This document shows, piece after piece, positions 1-9,271 of a stretch of 64,000 nucleotides of DNA; within the stretch, counting starts at the first letter, position 1; every line of letters begins with the position of its first letter. The DNA is taken from NCBI GenBank assembly GCA_036339375.1, contig JAYZBC010000025.1, forward strand, positions 27,271 to 91,270, in the 5' to 3' direction. The translations under genes were made by a program, and so were the position numbers. The DNA comes from Pseudomonadota bacterium. GTDB taxonomy: Bacteria; Pseudomonadota; Alphaproteobacteria; MPNO01; UBA2964. Under the pieces are notes generated by a model, which saw nothing but the letters and a program-made list of their open reading frames with translations, had not been told where the DNA came from and searched no databases.

Positions 1-790
1 ATTTACCAGCTTGATGTTCACTTAAGACCGCCGTGATATGGTCATCAACAACAATGACTTCGTCAACGTGTTGGTGCCATTGGGGTGCAAAGATACCTAC
101 TGTAGCCGAACCACAACCAACACGCATTCGTTCTTCCTGAATTTCATTGATTATTGGCGGCTTGCCGGCTTGTACAACAATTTTAGCTCCTCCATCTATA
201 GTCATTTCTACAGGCTCTTTATTGCAGAGCCTAAGCATAGAATTACACGTAATATTACCTTCCTTTTTACTACCACCTGTCAGATGACGAACACCTCCAA
301 TGGCGAGCATTTGGGATCCATATTCGGCAGTAGTGACATGGCCTATTTGTTCACCCTGAACCCGAATAGCTGCGGGTTCAGGGCCAATATAGGCATCTGT
401 ATCTATTTTAACCTTTACACCGCAATAACTGAAGACGCCTTCGCTAACCACGGTAACTGTATCGACCCCCTCGTGTTTGGTAGAAACTATAAAAGGCGCA
501 GGTTTATAGTCGGGGTATGTGGTAGTTGACCCGATGCCAGTAAGGAAGGTTGGTGCCTGACTGATAATTGTCCCATCCCAATCTTCATCAGTTTTGGTAA
601 ATTTGACTAAATTACCAGATTCGTTTTTTATTTTTTGAACAACTATAATCGGGTCTATTCTGACAAGTTTTCCGTCAAAATTTCCATAACGGTCGCAAGC
701 CCCTGTTTTGCCTTCACGAATTCGACACAATACTGGACAAGCGTCACAGCGGATTAAACCTTCATTTTTTTTGTTTAAATCTTCCGCCAA
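1..790 (-). CDS. Cysteine-rich hypothetical protein (N-terminal CxxCx3C...C motif), 5' part only; runs off the window edge
   Basis: Hand translation of the reverse strand from 790 is open: (L/M)AEDLNKKNEGLIRCDACPVLCRIREGKTGACDRYGNFDGKLVRIDP... A GGAGGG Shine-Dalgarno lies 5 nt upstream of TTG at 790-788. The + strand ORF 38..529 has a low-complexity, junk-like translation. Confidence 0.45.
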   Translation of the reverse strand, partial: MAEDLNKKNEGLIRCDACPVLCRIREGKTGACDRYGNFDGKLVRIDPIIVVQKIKNESGNLVKFTKTDEDWDGTIISQAPTFLTGIGSTTTYPDYKPAPFIVSTKHEGVDTVTVVSEGVFSYCGVKVKIDTDAYIGPEPAAIRVQGEQIGHVTTAEYGSQMLAIGGVRHLTGGSKKEGNITCNSMLRLCNKEPVEMTIDGGAKIVVQAGKPPIINEIQEERMRVGCGSATVGIFAPQWHQHVDEVIVVDDHITAVLSEHQAGK

Positions 791-935
791 TTAGCCCTCC
801 ACGACGCAACAGCCCAAAAAATCATTGTTTAACAAAATTTAGTTTATTTTAGTTAAACTAACAGGGCCGTTTCCAGTTGGATATTAGTTTCTGTAACTTA
901 AATGTTGCCTGGAATCAATTTTCCCTATGATACTC

Positions 936-964
936 TTGACAAATTGGAAACAAAGTCGATACTA
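936..964 (+). promoter_or_regulatory. Possible sigma70-like promoter for korA (TTGACA, 17-nt spacer, ATACTA)
   Basis: TTGACA at about 936-941 with a weak -10-like hexamer 17 nt downstream, inside the 275-nt intergenic region upstream of korA. The -10 match is poor. Confidence 0.2.
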
Positions 965-1066
965 ATTTGCAAAATTTGTTAGTATACAAACAAGTTATCT
1001 TTTGGCTAGTGAACCCGATTCAGGAATTCACTGAAAAAAGAAAAAGGACCACCAAGCTAACATAAG

Positions 1067-2932
1067 ATGGCAACAAAATTAAACGATGCTGAGGAAAATA
1101 ACCGCAAGGTCCTAGATTCTGTCGTAATTAGATTCGCTGGTGACTCGGGTGACGGAATGCAACTAGCGGGAACACAATTTACCCAATCTACAGCTTTAAT
1201 GGGAAATGATTTATCTACATTTCCCGATTTTCCTGCTGAAATTAGGGCTCCTGTTGGTACCACCTACGGTGTTTCTGCTTTTCAAATCAATTTTGCATCC
1301 CATGATATAAAAACCCCTGGTGACTCTCCTGACGTGTTAGTCGCCATGAACCCGGCTGCGTTAAAAGTCCACCTACGTGATCTTTTGCCAGGTGGGACTA
1401 TTATCATCAACCTTGGCGCGTTTACTAAACGTAATTTCGAAAAGGCAGGGTATGACAACAACCCTTTAGAGGATGGTACAGTAGACGACTACAGGGCAAT
1501 TAAAATTGATATTTCAAAATTAACCCTTGCAGCTCTCGAAGGAGTAGATGTCACTCAGAAGGAAGCCTTGCGAGCAAAAAACCTCTGGACCCTGGGCTTA
1601 ATGTGTTGGATGTACGGTAGAGACCGTCAGCCAACCATTGATTGGTTAACACAACGCTTTGCGAAACTTCCAAAAATTGCAGAAGCAAATATTGCCGCAC
1701 TCAACGCGGGGCATGCCTTCGGAGAAACTGCAGAACTGCCAAGCGAAATTAGCACATATATTGTACCCAAAGCTAAAGTAGAGCCCGGCATTTATCGTGC
1801 TGTTACTGGTATTGAAACAACGAGCTGGGGGCTTTTAGTAGGATCACAAAAAGCTGGTTTAAAGATTTTTTTTGCGTCCTATCCAATTACTCCAGCTTCA
1901 CCACTTTTGCATTCTTTAAGCAACCTTCGACCCTATGGTGTGGTGACATTTCAGGCAGAAGATGAAATCTCAGCAGCGTGTTCCGCATTGGGAGCATCTT
2001 TTTCTGGTTCGCTTGGAGTTACTTCCAGTTCGGGACCGGGTGTAGCCTTAAAGTCCGAAACTTTAGGACTTGCCATAGTAACAGAGCTTCCACTAATTGT
2101 CGTTAATTTTCAACGGGCTGGTCCTTCAACGGGGATGCCAACCAAAACAGAACAATCTGATTTATACCAAGCTGTTTTTGGTCGAAATGCTGATACCCCC
2201 ATGCCAGTAATTTCTGCTTCTACACCCTCTGATTGTTATGAATGTGCAATCGAGGCAGTGCGAATAGCTACAAAATATATGACACCGGTTATGCTGCTCA
2301 ACGAAGGATATCTTGCCAACGCTGCCGAACCAATGAAATTGCCTGATGTAGAAAATGTAAAACCTTTTCCAGTCAATTTTCATAACCAAACAGAAGGGTT
2401 TCATCCATATCTCCGCAACAAAGATACACTTGGGAGACCATGGGCAATCCCCGGAACTCCAGGCCTCGAGCATAGAATAGGTGGAATAGAAAAAGACTAT
2501 GACAGCGGCAATATTTCCTACGATCCAGAGAATCATCACAGAATGACAAAAGTTCGTGCAGAAAAAATAATTGGAATAGCAAAAGATATCCCAGAACAAA
2601 AAGTGACCTCTGGAAATTCTTCTGGAAAATTGGCCGTAGTAGGTTGGGGTTCTACATTTGGAGCAATAGAACAAGCAACAAAGCTTTGCCAAGATGATGG
2701 ACTCGATGTCGCACATATTCACTTACGCTACATTTGGCCGCTGCCACAAAATCTTGGAAACCTTTTAAAGGGTTTCGAAAAAATTATTGTCCCCGAAATG
2801 AACAATGGACAGCTTGTCACCTTACTAAGAGCAGAATATTTAGTGCCTGCTGAATCCTTTTCACAGATTAGCGGTCAGCCTTTCAAAGTATCTGATTTAG
2901 AACAAGAAATCCGAACCCAAATTCAGGACTAA
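1067..2932 (+). CDS. korA: 2-oxoglutarate:ferredoxin (2-oxoacid:acceptor) oxidoreductase alpha subunit
   Basis: 621 aa with pyruvate/2-oxoacid:ferredoxin oxidoreductase domains (e.g. ...GDSGDGMQLAGTQF...). Immediately followed by a TPP-binding beta subunit, the typical two-subunit KorAB layout. Confidence 0.8.
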   Translation: MATKLNDAEENNRKVLDSVVIRFAGDSGDGMQLAGTQFTQSTALMGNDLSTFPDFPAEIRAPVGTTYGVSAFQINFASHDIKTPGDSPDVLVAMNPAALKVHLRDLLPGGTIIINLGAFTKRNFEKAGYDNNPLEDGTVDDYRAIKIDISKLTLAALEGVDVTQKEALRAKNLWTLGLMCWMYGRDRQPTIDWLTQRFAKLPKIAEANIAALNAGHAFGETAELPSEISTYIVPKAKVEPGIYRAVTGIETTSWGLLVGSQKAGLKIFFASYPITPASPLLHSLSNLRPYGVVTFQAEDEISAACSALGASFSGSLGVTSSSGPGVALKSETLGLAIVTELPLIVVNFQRAGPSTGMPTKTEQSDLYQAVFGRNADTPMPVISASTPSDCYECAIEAVRIATKYMTPVMLLNEGYLANAAEPMKLPDVENVKPFPVNFHNQTEGFHPYLRNKDTLGRPWAIPGTPGLEHRIGGIEKDYDSGNISYDPENHHRMTKVRAEKIIGIAKDIPEQKVTSGNSSGKLAVVGWGSTFGAIEQATKLCQDDGLDVAHIHLRYIWPLPQNLGNLLKGFEKIIVPEMNNGQLVTLLRAEYLVPAESFSQISGQPFKVSDLEQEIRTQIQD

Positions 2933-2935
2933 CCC

Positions 2936-3961
2936 ATGAACATTCAGCCTTCACCTGAAAAATTGAAACCAAATGACTACGCATCCGATCAGGAAATACG
3001 CTGGTGTCCGGGTTGTGGCGACTACGCTATTGTAAAGTCCGTCCAACGAGCATTATCTGAACTTGGTGCAAACCCTGCTGAAACCGTTTTTGTGTCAGGA
3101 ATCGGTTGTGCGGCAAGATTTCCCTACTATATGGCAACGTATGGTTTTCATACCATTCATGGGAGAAGCCCTGCCGTTGCAACTGGAGTTAAACTAGCGA
3201 ACCCAGACCTCGATGTTTGGGTCATTGGTGGTGACGGTGACATGCTGAGCATCGGTGGCAACCACACACTTCATATCTTAAGGCGCAATATCGACGTTCA
3301 AGTCTTACTTTTTAACAATGAAATTTATGGCTTAACTAAGGGACAGTTTTCACCAACCTCGAAAATCGGAACCCGTTCACCCTCCACACCTGCGGGCTCT
3401 GTTGATTCCCCGATTTCTGCTTGTTCATTTGCTTTGGGATGCAATGCGCGTTTTATTGCCAGATCTGTAGATACAAATCAAAAACTCTTGCCTGGCCTCT
3501 TGAGGCAAGCAAAAGAGCACAAGGGGGCATCATTCGTCGAAATCATCCAGAATTGTATCGTATATAATGACGGTGTTTTCTCTTCTTTTACAGATAAGGC
3601 TAACATTCTTGATGGACAAATTGTGTGTGACCATGGAGAACCTTTGCTTTTTGGTAAGGAAAAGGAAAAGGGTCTCAGAATGAAACCAGGGAAGTTGGAA
3701 TTGGAGGTTGTTTCTATAGGGAAAGATAATATCAAGGAGAAAGATATACTACACCATGATGAGACAAGCCGTCCACTTGCATCAATGTTATCAGCTCTTC
3801 AACCTCCTAACTTTCCAGTAGCAATGGGAATTATTTATAGAGATCCGGCACCTTCTTATGAAACTTCTGTTCACGAACAAATTGCAGAAGTAACTAAAGC
3901 ATCTCCACCAGGTTCATTAAATGAGCTCCTTCATCAAGGACGCACCTGGACTGTGGTTTGA
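2936..3961 (+). CDS. korB: 2-oxoglutarate:ferredoxin oxidoreductase beta subunit (TPP-binding)
   Basis: 341 aa with N-terminal CPGCGDY cysteine motif and GDGD TPP-binding motif. 4-nt gap after korA. Confidence 0.8.
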   Translation: MNIQPSPEKLKPNDYASDQEIRWCPGCGDYAIVKSVQRALSELGANPAETVFVSGIGCAARFPYYMATYGFHTIHGRSPAVATGVKLANPDLDVWVIGGDGDMLSIGGNHTLHILRRNIDVQVLLFNNEIYGLTKGQFSPTSKIGTRSPSTPAGSVDSPISACSFALGCNARFIARSVDTNQKLLPGLLRQAKEHKGASFVEIIQNCIVYNDGVFSSFTDKANILDGQIVCDHGEPLLFGKEKEKGLRMKPGKLELEVVSIGKDNIKEKDILHHDETSRPLASMLSALQPPNFPVAMGIIYRDPAPSYETSVHEQIAEVTKASPPGSLNELLHQGRTWTVV

Positions 3962-4063
3962 AAAGGAATATTTAAAATACAACACTCTAAAAAATTTATA
4001 TTAGTGGGATGGTTCCTCTCATTGAATTTTAGACCACTATTTTAGGTGAAAATTTTTTAACGC

Positions 4064-5398
4064 TTGATCAAAATGGTAGATACTCAAAGTCGAAGTATTG
4101 CGATTGTTGGCTCCGGTCCAGGTGGGATGTATGTAGCTCAAGCTTTGGTTGAAAAAGCCCCGGGATCAAAAATCGATATCATTGATCGTTTACCTACACC
4201 CTTTGGGTTGATAAGAGGAGGTGTAGCACCTGATCATCAACACACAAAACGCGTCGACAAAAAATACTCATCAACGATATCTCTAAATGAAAAAGTGCGG
4301 TTTATCGGCAATGTTTCATTAGATCGAGATGTGAGTATACATGAGCTGACAAAAATTTATGATGCGGTGGTCTTAGCCTACGGTGCACCATATGACAAAA
4401 AGCTGGGGATTAAAGGAGAAGACAAAAAAAATGTATTTGGATCGAATGCATTTGTAGGTTGGTACAATTGTCATCCCGATTTTATAAACCTAAACCCAGA
4501 TCTTAAAATAAATTCTGCAGTTGTAATCGGTATAGGTAATGTTGCTATTGATGTCGCTCGTGTTTTATCTCGAACAACAACCGAGATGGCTACGACAGAT
4601 ATAGGCGAATATGCGATGAAAGCCATCGAAGTTTCTCCTCTGAAGGAGGTATATATGTTTGGTAGGCGCGGTCCTATAGAAGCCGCTTTTACCAACACGG
4701 AGCTAAAGGAACTGGGTGCCATGGAAGCAGCTGCCACAACCGTTGAGTTCGCACAGCTACCAAGCCAAGTTCCTAATAACCTCGATGATAAAGAAAAAAA
4801 AGTCAAAGGGCGTATTCTGGAAACACTTAAAGAGTTATCTGAAGCAAAACTAGGGGAAAAGCGTAGAGCTATTAAAATTAAATTTTTTGCTTCACCAGTA
4901 AAAATACTTGGTAACGAACAAGTGGAAGGAATTCGAATGGAAAAAACAGAAGTGAAAAACGGGCGATGTATTGGAACCGGAAAAACTTTTGACGTACCCT
5001 GCGAAATGGTAATCACCTGCATAGGATCACGAGCAGAACCGATTAAAGGTGTCCCCTTTGACACAAAAGCTGGAATTGTGACTCATAAGGATGGCAGAAT
5101 AGCACCCAGAATTTATGCAGCGGGATGGGTGAAACGCGGCGCGGTTGGAACTATTGGAACTAACAGACTAGATTCTTATGATGTTGCTGACATAATAATT
5201 TCTGACTTTAAAGGAGATAGAAGACCAGGTCCTGATCTTTTTGATTCACTCATTGATAGTCGAAAATTACGTCAAGTCAGTTTTGAAGATTGGTTGGCTA
5301 TTAAACAAAGTGAAGAAGAAGCCGCTACACCACCTGCACCCCGACGAAAATTTAATACCGTTGAACAAATGATACAAAATTTAAACCAAAAAACTTAA
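4064..5398 (+). CDS. fprA: FprA/adrenodoxin-reductase-like NADPH:ferredoxin oxidoreductase (FAD/NAD(P)-binding)
   Basis: N-terminal GxGxxG (IAIVGSGPGGMY), a second Rossmann motif (VVIGIGNVAIDVARVL), about 440 aa. Directly downstream of korAB. The start is probably the second ATG (MVDTQ...). Confidence 0.65.
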   Translation: MIKMVDTQSRSIAIVGSGPGGMYVAQALVEKAPGSKIDIIDRLPTPFGLIRGGVAPDHQHTKRVDKKYSSTISLNEKVRFIGNVSLDRDVSIHELTKIYDAVVLAYGAPYDKKLGIKGEDKKNVFGSNAFVGWYNCHPDFINLNPDLKINSAVVIGIGNVAIDVARVLSRTTTEMATTDIGEYAMKAIEVSPLKEVYMFGRRGPIEAAFTNTELKELGAMEAAATTVEFAQLPSQVPNNLDDKEKKVKGRILETLKELSEAKLGEKRRAIKIKFFASPVKILGNEQVEGIRMEKTEVKNGRCIGTGKTFDVPCEMVITCIGSRAEPIKGVPFDTKAGIVTHKDGRIAPRIYAAGWVKRGAVGTIGTNRLDSYDVADIIISDFKGDRRPGPDLFDSLIDSRKLRQVSFEDWLAIKQSEEEAATPPAPRRKFNTVEQMIQNLNQKT

Positions 5399-5399
5399 T

Positions 5400-5849
5400 T
5401 TAATCTTCCGATGTATCTAATTCTGCAACCTTGGAAAGTAAAAATAAAAAAGTATTTCTTTCTGAAAAACTCAAAGGTGCCAGCGTCTCATTTGTAACGT
5501 TTTTTGCAAACTCTACTAATTTTGAAATTGTTTTTTTGCCCTCATTACTCAAACTGATTATGAGGCGCCGACCATCTTTTGGATCTGGACGACGAACGAT
5601 CAAACCTCGTAGTCCTAACCTCTTAATAACCCCTTGCATTGTGGCAGCATCCATCGCCGTTAACCTTCCAAGATGGTTTTGGGAAACCTCGTCCAGGTCA
5701 CGAAGCTTTACCAAAGCGGCAAACTGGAGTGGTGTTAGTTGAGGGTCTCCAATGTTTTCTTGAAAAATTGTTGAATGACGTTGCCGGGCACGACGCAGTA
5801 AATGCCCCGCCTGTCTCTCCAGAATATATTGTTGCTTAAAATTCTTCAA
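5400..5849 (-). CDS. MarR-family transcriptional regulator
   Basis: 149 aa with the winged-helix MarR pattern (...LTPLQFAALVKLRDLDEVSQNHLGRLTAMDAATMQGVIKRLGLRGLI...). Confidence 0.8.
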   Translation of the reverse strand: MKNFKQQYILERQAGHLLRRARQRHSTIFQENIGDPQLTPLQFAALVKLRDLDEVSQNHLGRLTAMDAATMQGVIKRLGLRGLIVRRPDPKDGRRLIISLSNEGKKTISKLVEFAKNVTNETLAPLSFSERNTFLFLLSKVAELDTSED

Positions 5850-6034
5850 AGTCTTGTACCTACATCAGTCCATTATTTTTAGTTAGTATACAAATTTTTC
5901 CCAGAAAAACTAAGACTATCAAGAATTTGTGGGCCTAATACATTGTTAAAATGACATTTCCCGTTTAGCCATTATTAAATTCATTTTTTTACAGGTTGGT
6001 ACAGGTTGTTTAAAGATAAATACAGTAATACTGA

Positions 6035-7267
6035 TCAGGAAGAGCCAACAATGCCATCATTTTTCAACGAAAGGATTTCTTTTTCTTCTAATTTTAAAAC
6101 TTTTTTCAAAATTTCTTCTGTGTGTTGACCGAGGGTCGGAGGGGCTCCCTTGTATTCAAGGTTTTTGCCAACAAATCTTATTGGGTTAGCCACTTGAGGA
6201 ACTGATCCAGCTAAAGGATGAGATAACTCCATTTTCATATCACGGGCTTTGACCTGTGGGTGCTCAAACACTTGCTTTAAATTGTTAATTGGCCCGCAAG
6301 GAACGCCTACTTTTTCGAGTTCAACAATCCATTCTTTACTATTTCTTTGTTTCATAAATTTTTGAATTATAGGAATTAATATTTTTCGGTTTTTTACGCG
6401 GGCGGCATTAGTGGAAAATCTTTCATCTTTGGCGAGTTCTGCATGCCCAGCGATTTCAACAAACCTTTGAAATTGGCCGTCATTTCCTACCGCTATAATT
6501 AAAAATTGGTCCGAGGCTTCAAATGCTTCATAGGGAACAATATTAGGGTGTGCATTTCCCATCCGGTTAGGAGCTTCCCCCGTTACCAGGTAGTTCATCG
6601 CCTGATTTGCCATTGACGCAGTCGTAACATCTAAAAGAGACATATCTATATGACATCCTTTCCCACTACGTTCGCGTTGGGAAAGAGCACTTAAAGCAGC
6701 TATATTTGTATAAAGGCCAGTTAGAATATCTGTTAGCGCTACTCCTATTTTTTGCGGTCCAGACCCAGGTTTACCATCCGGCTCACCAGTTACACTCATA
6801 AGGCCACCCATAGCTTGAATCAAAAAGTCATAACCTGCCCGGTTACTAAAGGGCCCAGTCTGGCCAAATCCAGTAATTGAACAATATATTAAACTAGGAT
6901 TAATTTGTTTTAAATCGTCATACCCAAGCCCATATTGTGATAACCCCCCCTTCTTATAATTTTCAATCAACACATCCGAAACAACGACCAATTGGCGCAA
7001 AATCTCCTGACCATCCGATTTCGCAATGTCTAGAGCCAAAGATTTTTTACCTCGGTTTGCTGATAAAAAATAAGCAGATTCTTTAGTCTGATTACCCTCG
7101 GAATCAACAATAAAAGGTGGGCCCCATGCTCGGGTATCATCTCCTGTCCCCGGCCTTTCAATTTTAATTACTTCTGCCCCTAGATCAGCCAAAGTCTGTG
7201 CAGCCCAGGGCCCAGCCAGAATTCGGCTCATATCTAACACACGTATGTGTGAAAGAGGGGCAGTCAT
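6035..7267 (-). CDS. Family III CoA-transferase (CaiB/BaiF; SUGCT-like, likely succinyl-CoA:glutarate CoA-transferase)
   Basis: Start set at the in-frame ATG (MTAPLSHIRVLDMSRILAGPW...), giving about 410 aa. Conserved family III motifs are present. Sits 31 nt downstream of a glutaryl-CoA-dehydrogenase-like gene. Confidence 0.75.
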   Translation of the reverse strand: MTAPLSHIRVLDMSRILAGPWAAQTLADLGAEVIKIERPGTGDDTRAWGPPFIVDSEGNQTKESAYFLSANRGKKSLALDIAKSDGQEILRQLVVVSDVLIENYKKGGLSQYGLGYDDLKQINPSLIYCSITGFGQTGPFSNRAGYDFLIQAMGGLMSVTGEPDGKPGSGPQKIGVALTDILTGLYTNIAALSALSQRERSGKGCHIDMSLLDVTTASMANQAMNYLVTGEAPNRMGNAHPNIVPYEAFEASDQFLIIAVGNDGQFQRFVEIAGHAELAKDERFSTNAARVKNRKILIPIIQKFMKQRNSKEWIVELEKVGVPCGPINNLKQVFEHPQVKARDMKMELSHPLAGSVPQVANPIRFVGKNLEYKGAPPTLGQHTEEILKKVLKLEEKEILSLKNDGIVGSS

Positions 7268-7298
7268 TTTTTTACGGAATTTTGCACTTGGAAAAGGA

Positions 7299-8522
7299 TC
7301 ATACGAAAGCTTGTATTCCCGTTTGTGCACGCCCTAGAATTAAGGCATGGATATCATGCGTACCCTCGTAAGTGATCACTGTTTCCAAATTCATAACATG
7401 ACGAATTACATGATATTCATCAATAATACCATTTGCTCCATGCATATCTCGAGAGGTTCTAGCAATATCGAGTGCTTTTCCAGTGCAATGACGTTTCATT
7501 AAAGAAATCGCTTCTGGAGCGCACTTTCCTTCGTCCATCAACCGACCCAACCGTATGCAAGACCCCAAGCCAACTGTAATCTCTGTCTGCATATCAGCTA
7601 GTTTTTTCTGAATGAGTTGATTAGATGCTAAAGGTTTGCCAAATTGAGTGCGTTCCATCACATAATTACGGGCCGCGTGCCAGCAAAATTCTGCAGCGCC
7701 TAACACACCCCAAGCTATTCCATACCGGGCATTATTAAGACAACCAAAGGGACCACCCAGCCCTTTAGCCCCCTCCAACTTATTTTCTTTCGGTACAAAG
7801 ACATTATCCATAACGACTTCGCCTGTTAATGAAGCTCGTAAAGAGAATTTACCTTCCATTTTTGGCGCGCTGAGCCCTTTCATTCCTTTTTCAAGAATAA
7901 ATCCTCGGATTATGCCTTCATCATCCTTAGCCCAAATCACAAATATATCAGCAATAGGGGCATTTGATATCCACATTTTTGTGCCAGAAATTTGGTACCC
8001 CCCATCAACGTTTTTAGCTCTGGTTTTCAAACCTCCAGCGTCTGAACCGTGATCGGGTTCAGTTAAACCAAAACATCCAATAAACTCACCCTTAGCCAGC
8101 TTCGGCAAATATTTTTGACGTTGATCTTCATTCCCGTAAGCATAAATTGGCCACATTACGAGACTAGATTGTACAGATAAAACTGAGCGATAACTGGAAT
8201 CTACGCGCTCTATTTCTCGGGCAATAAGGCCATAGCTTACATAATTTACACCGGCACAACCGTATCGATTTTCAAGAGTTGATCCTAGAAGGCCGAGTTC
8301 ACCCATTTCATACATAATCTCTCTGTGGAATTTTTCCTTCCTGTTGGCTTCCAGAATACGTGTCATTAATTTTTCCTGGGCATATTGCCGGGTCGTTTCT
8401 CTAATTAATTTTTCATCTTCAGTCAGTTGCTCTTCGAAAAGCAAAGGGTCTTGCCAATCGAATTTTGCCCATTTTTTTATCCGGGCAATGTCGTCGACTG
8501 TTTTAACGGGTTCACTGGTCAT
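7299..8522 (-). CDS. gcdH: Acyl-CoA dehydrogenase, glutaryl-CoA dehydrogenase-like
   Basis: ACAD fold with strong resemblance to GCDH over the N-terminal half (...[42 protein letters not shown]...). Start placed at ATG 8522 with an AAGGAT SD 6 nt upstream. Confidence 0.7.
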   Translation of the reverse strand: MTSEPVKTVDDIARIKKWAKFDWQDPLLFEEQLTEDEKLIRETTRQYAQEKLMTRILEANRKEKFHREIMYEMGELGLLGSTLENRYGCAGVNYVSYGLIAREIERVDSSYRSVLSVQSSLVMWPIYAYGNEDQRQKYLPKLAKGEFIGCFGLTEPDHGSDAGGLKTRAKNVDGGYQISGTKMWISNAPIADIFVIWAKDDEGIIRGFILEKGMKGLSAPKMEGKFSLRASLTGEVVMDNVFVPKENKLEGAKGLGGPFGCLNNARYGIAWGVLGAAEFCWHAARNYVMERTQFGKPLASNQLIQKKLADMQTEITVGLGSCIRLGRLMDEGKCAPEAISLMKRHCTGKALDIARTSRDMHGANGIIDEYHVIRHVMNLETVITYEGTHDIHALILGRAQTGIQAFV

Positions 8523-8599
8523 GACAAAATCCTTAATGGGCCAAGAGCAACACTGGTCCACACGTTTTCAACGAAAACCAAACGCATTGGTTTTCAAAT

Positions 8600-8899
8600 C
8601 TATTCAGAATGCGGACGGGACATCCACATAGCTAGATCAAATGTGTTTAGATCTGCCGCACGCATCATTTCAGCAATTGCAACTACGGCTTCTGTCGCGG
8701 TAACTACATCTTTTTCTCGAAAAGGAGGAAAATAGGTGTCTTCATCTGTCAACTTCTTACAATAAAGTTTTGCTCCAGCGGCTAATAACATCTGGACGGT
8801 TTCCGGTGAAACAGATTCGGTACCGCCATCGTTCAGCACCTCTAGGGCACTCTTAAAAATTTGGCTGACCTCCTTTGCCATCTTATCAGATGATGACAT
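8600..8899 (-). CDS. Hypothetical 99-aa protein; its start overlaps the end of the Rieske gene
   Basis: ATG (MSSSDKMAKEV...) overlaps the last four codons plus stop of the upstream Rieske gene (ATGTCATCATCTGA) in the -1 frame. No recognisable domain. Confidence 0.4.
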   Translation of the reverse strand: MSSSDKMAKEVSQIFKSALEVLNDGGTESVSPETVQMLLAAGAKLYCKKLTDEDTYFPPFREKDVVTATEAVVAIAEMMRAADLNTFDLAMWMSRPHSE

Positions 8900-9251
8900 G
8901 GACTTCCCCATCTAAAACTTTAACGTCAAATTTCCGCAACCGAGCATTTTTATACCCCGGATGCACACCTGTTTTGATGTTAAATTCGTAGCCGTGCCAT
9001 GGGCAAACAATATGCACATCCTCGTCTGACCAAGTGAGGCCCTGACTTGTTTTATCTTCACCAAGCAATTCTACAACACGATTAAGAATGCGCCCTTGAC
9101 AAATTGGACCGCCCTGGTGAACACATTTGTTTTCATAAGCAAAAAATTCCCCATCAACAAAAAAGACGCCAATTTCTAAGTCACCCTGCGCAATTACTTT
9201 ACGGCCGCGATCTTCAAACTCCTCCTCGCGACCTACATATACGTCCGCCAT
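8886..9251 (-). CDS. Rieske [2Fe-2S] domain ferredoxin
   Basis: 121 aa with Rieske boxes CVHQGGPIC and CPWHGYEF. No oxygenase alpha subunit is adjacent. Confidence 0.7.
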   Translation of the reverse strand: MADVYVGREEEFEDRGRKVIAQGDLEIGVFFVDGEFFAYENKCVHQGGPICQGRILNRVVELLGEDKTSQGLTWSDEDVHIVCPWHGYEFNIKTGVHPGYKNARLRKFDVKVLDGEVHVII

Positions 9252-9271
9252 GTCTTTTCCCCTATTGTTCT

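Noticed and set aside
38-529. 163-aa + strand ORF at the left edge
   Set aside because: The translation is low-complexity and junk-like. It lies antisense to a well-supported minus-strand gene that has a strong GGAGGG RBS, a clean TTG start and a Cys motif.
2162-2722. 186-aa and 69-aa minus-strand ORFs inside korA
   Set aside because: They are antisense to a strongly conserved KorA coding sequence. The Cys/Phe-rich nonsense translation is typical of an AT-rich antisense frame.
4471-5064. 197-aa minus-strand ORF inside fprA
   Set aside because: It is antisense to the conserved FAD/NADP oxidoreductase gene and shows no domain-like pattern.
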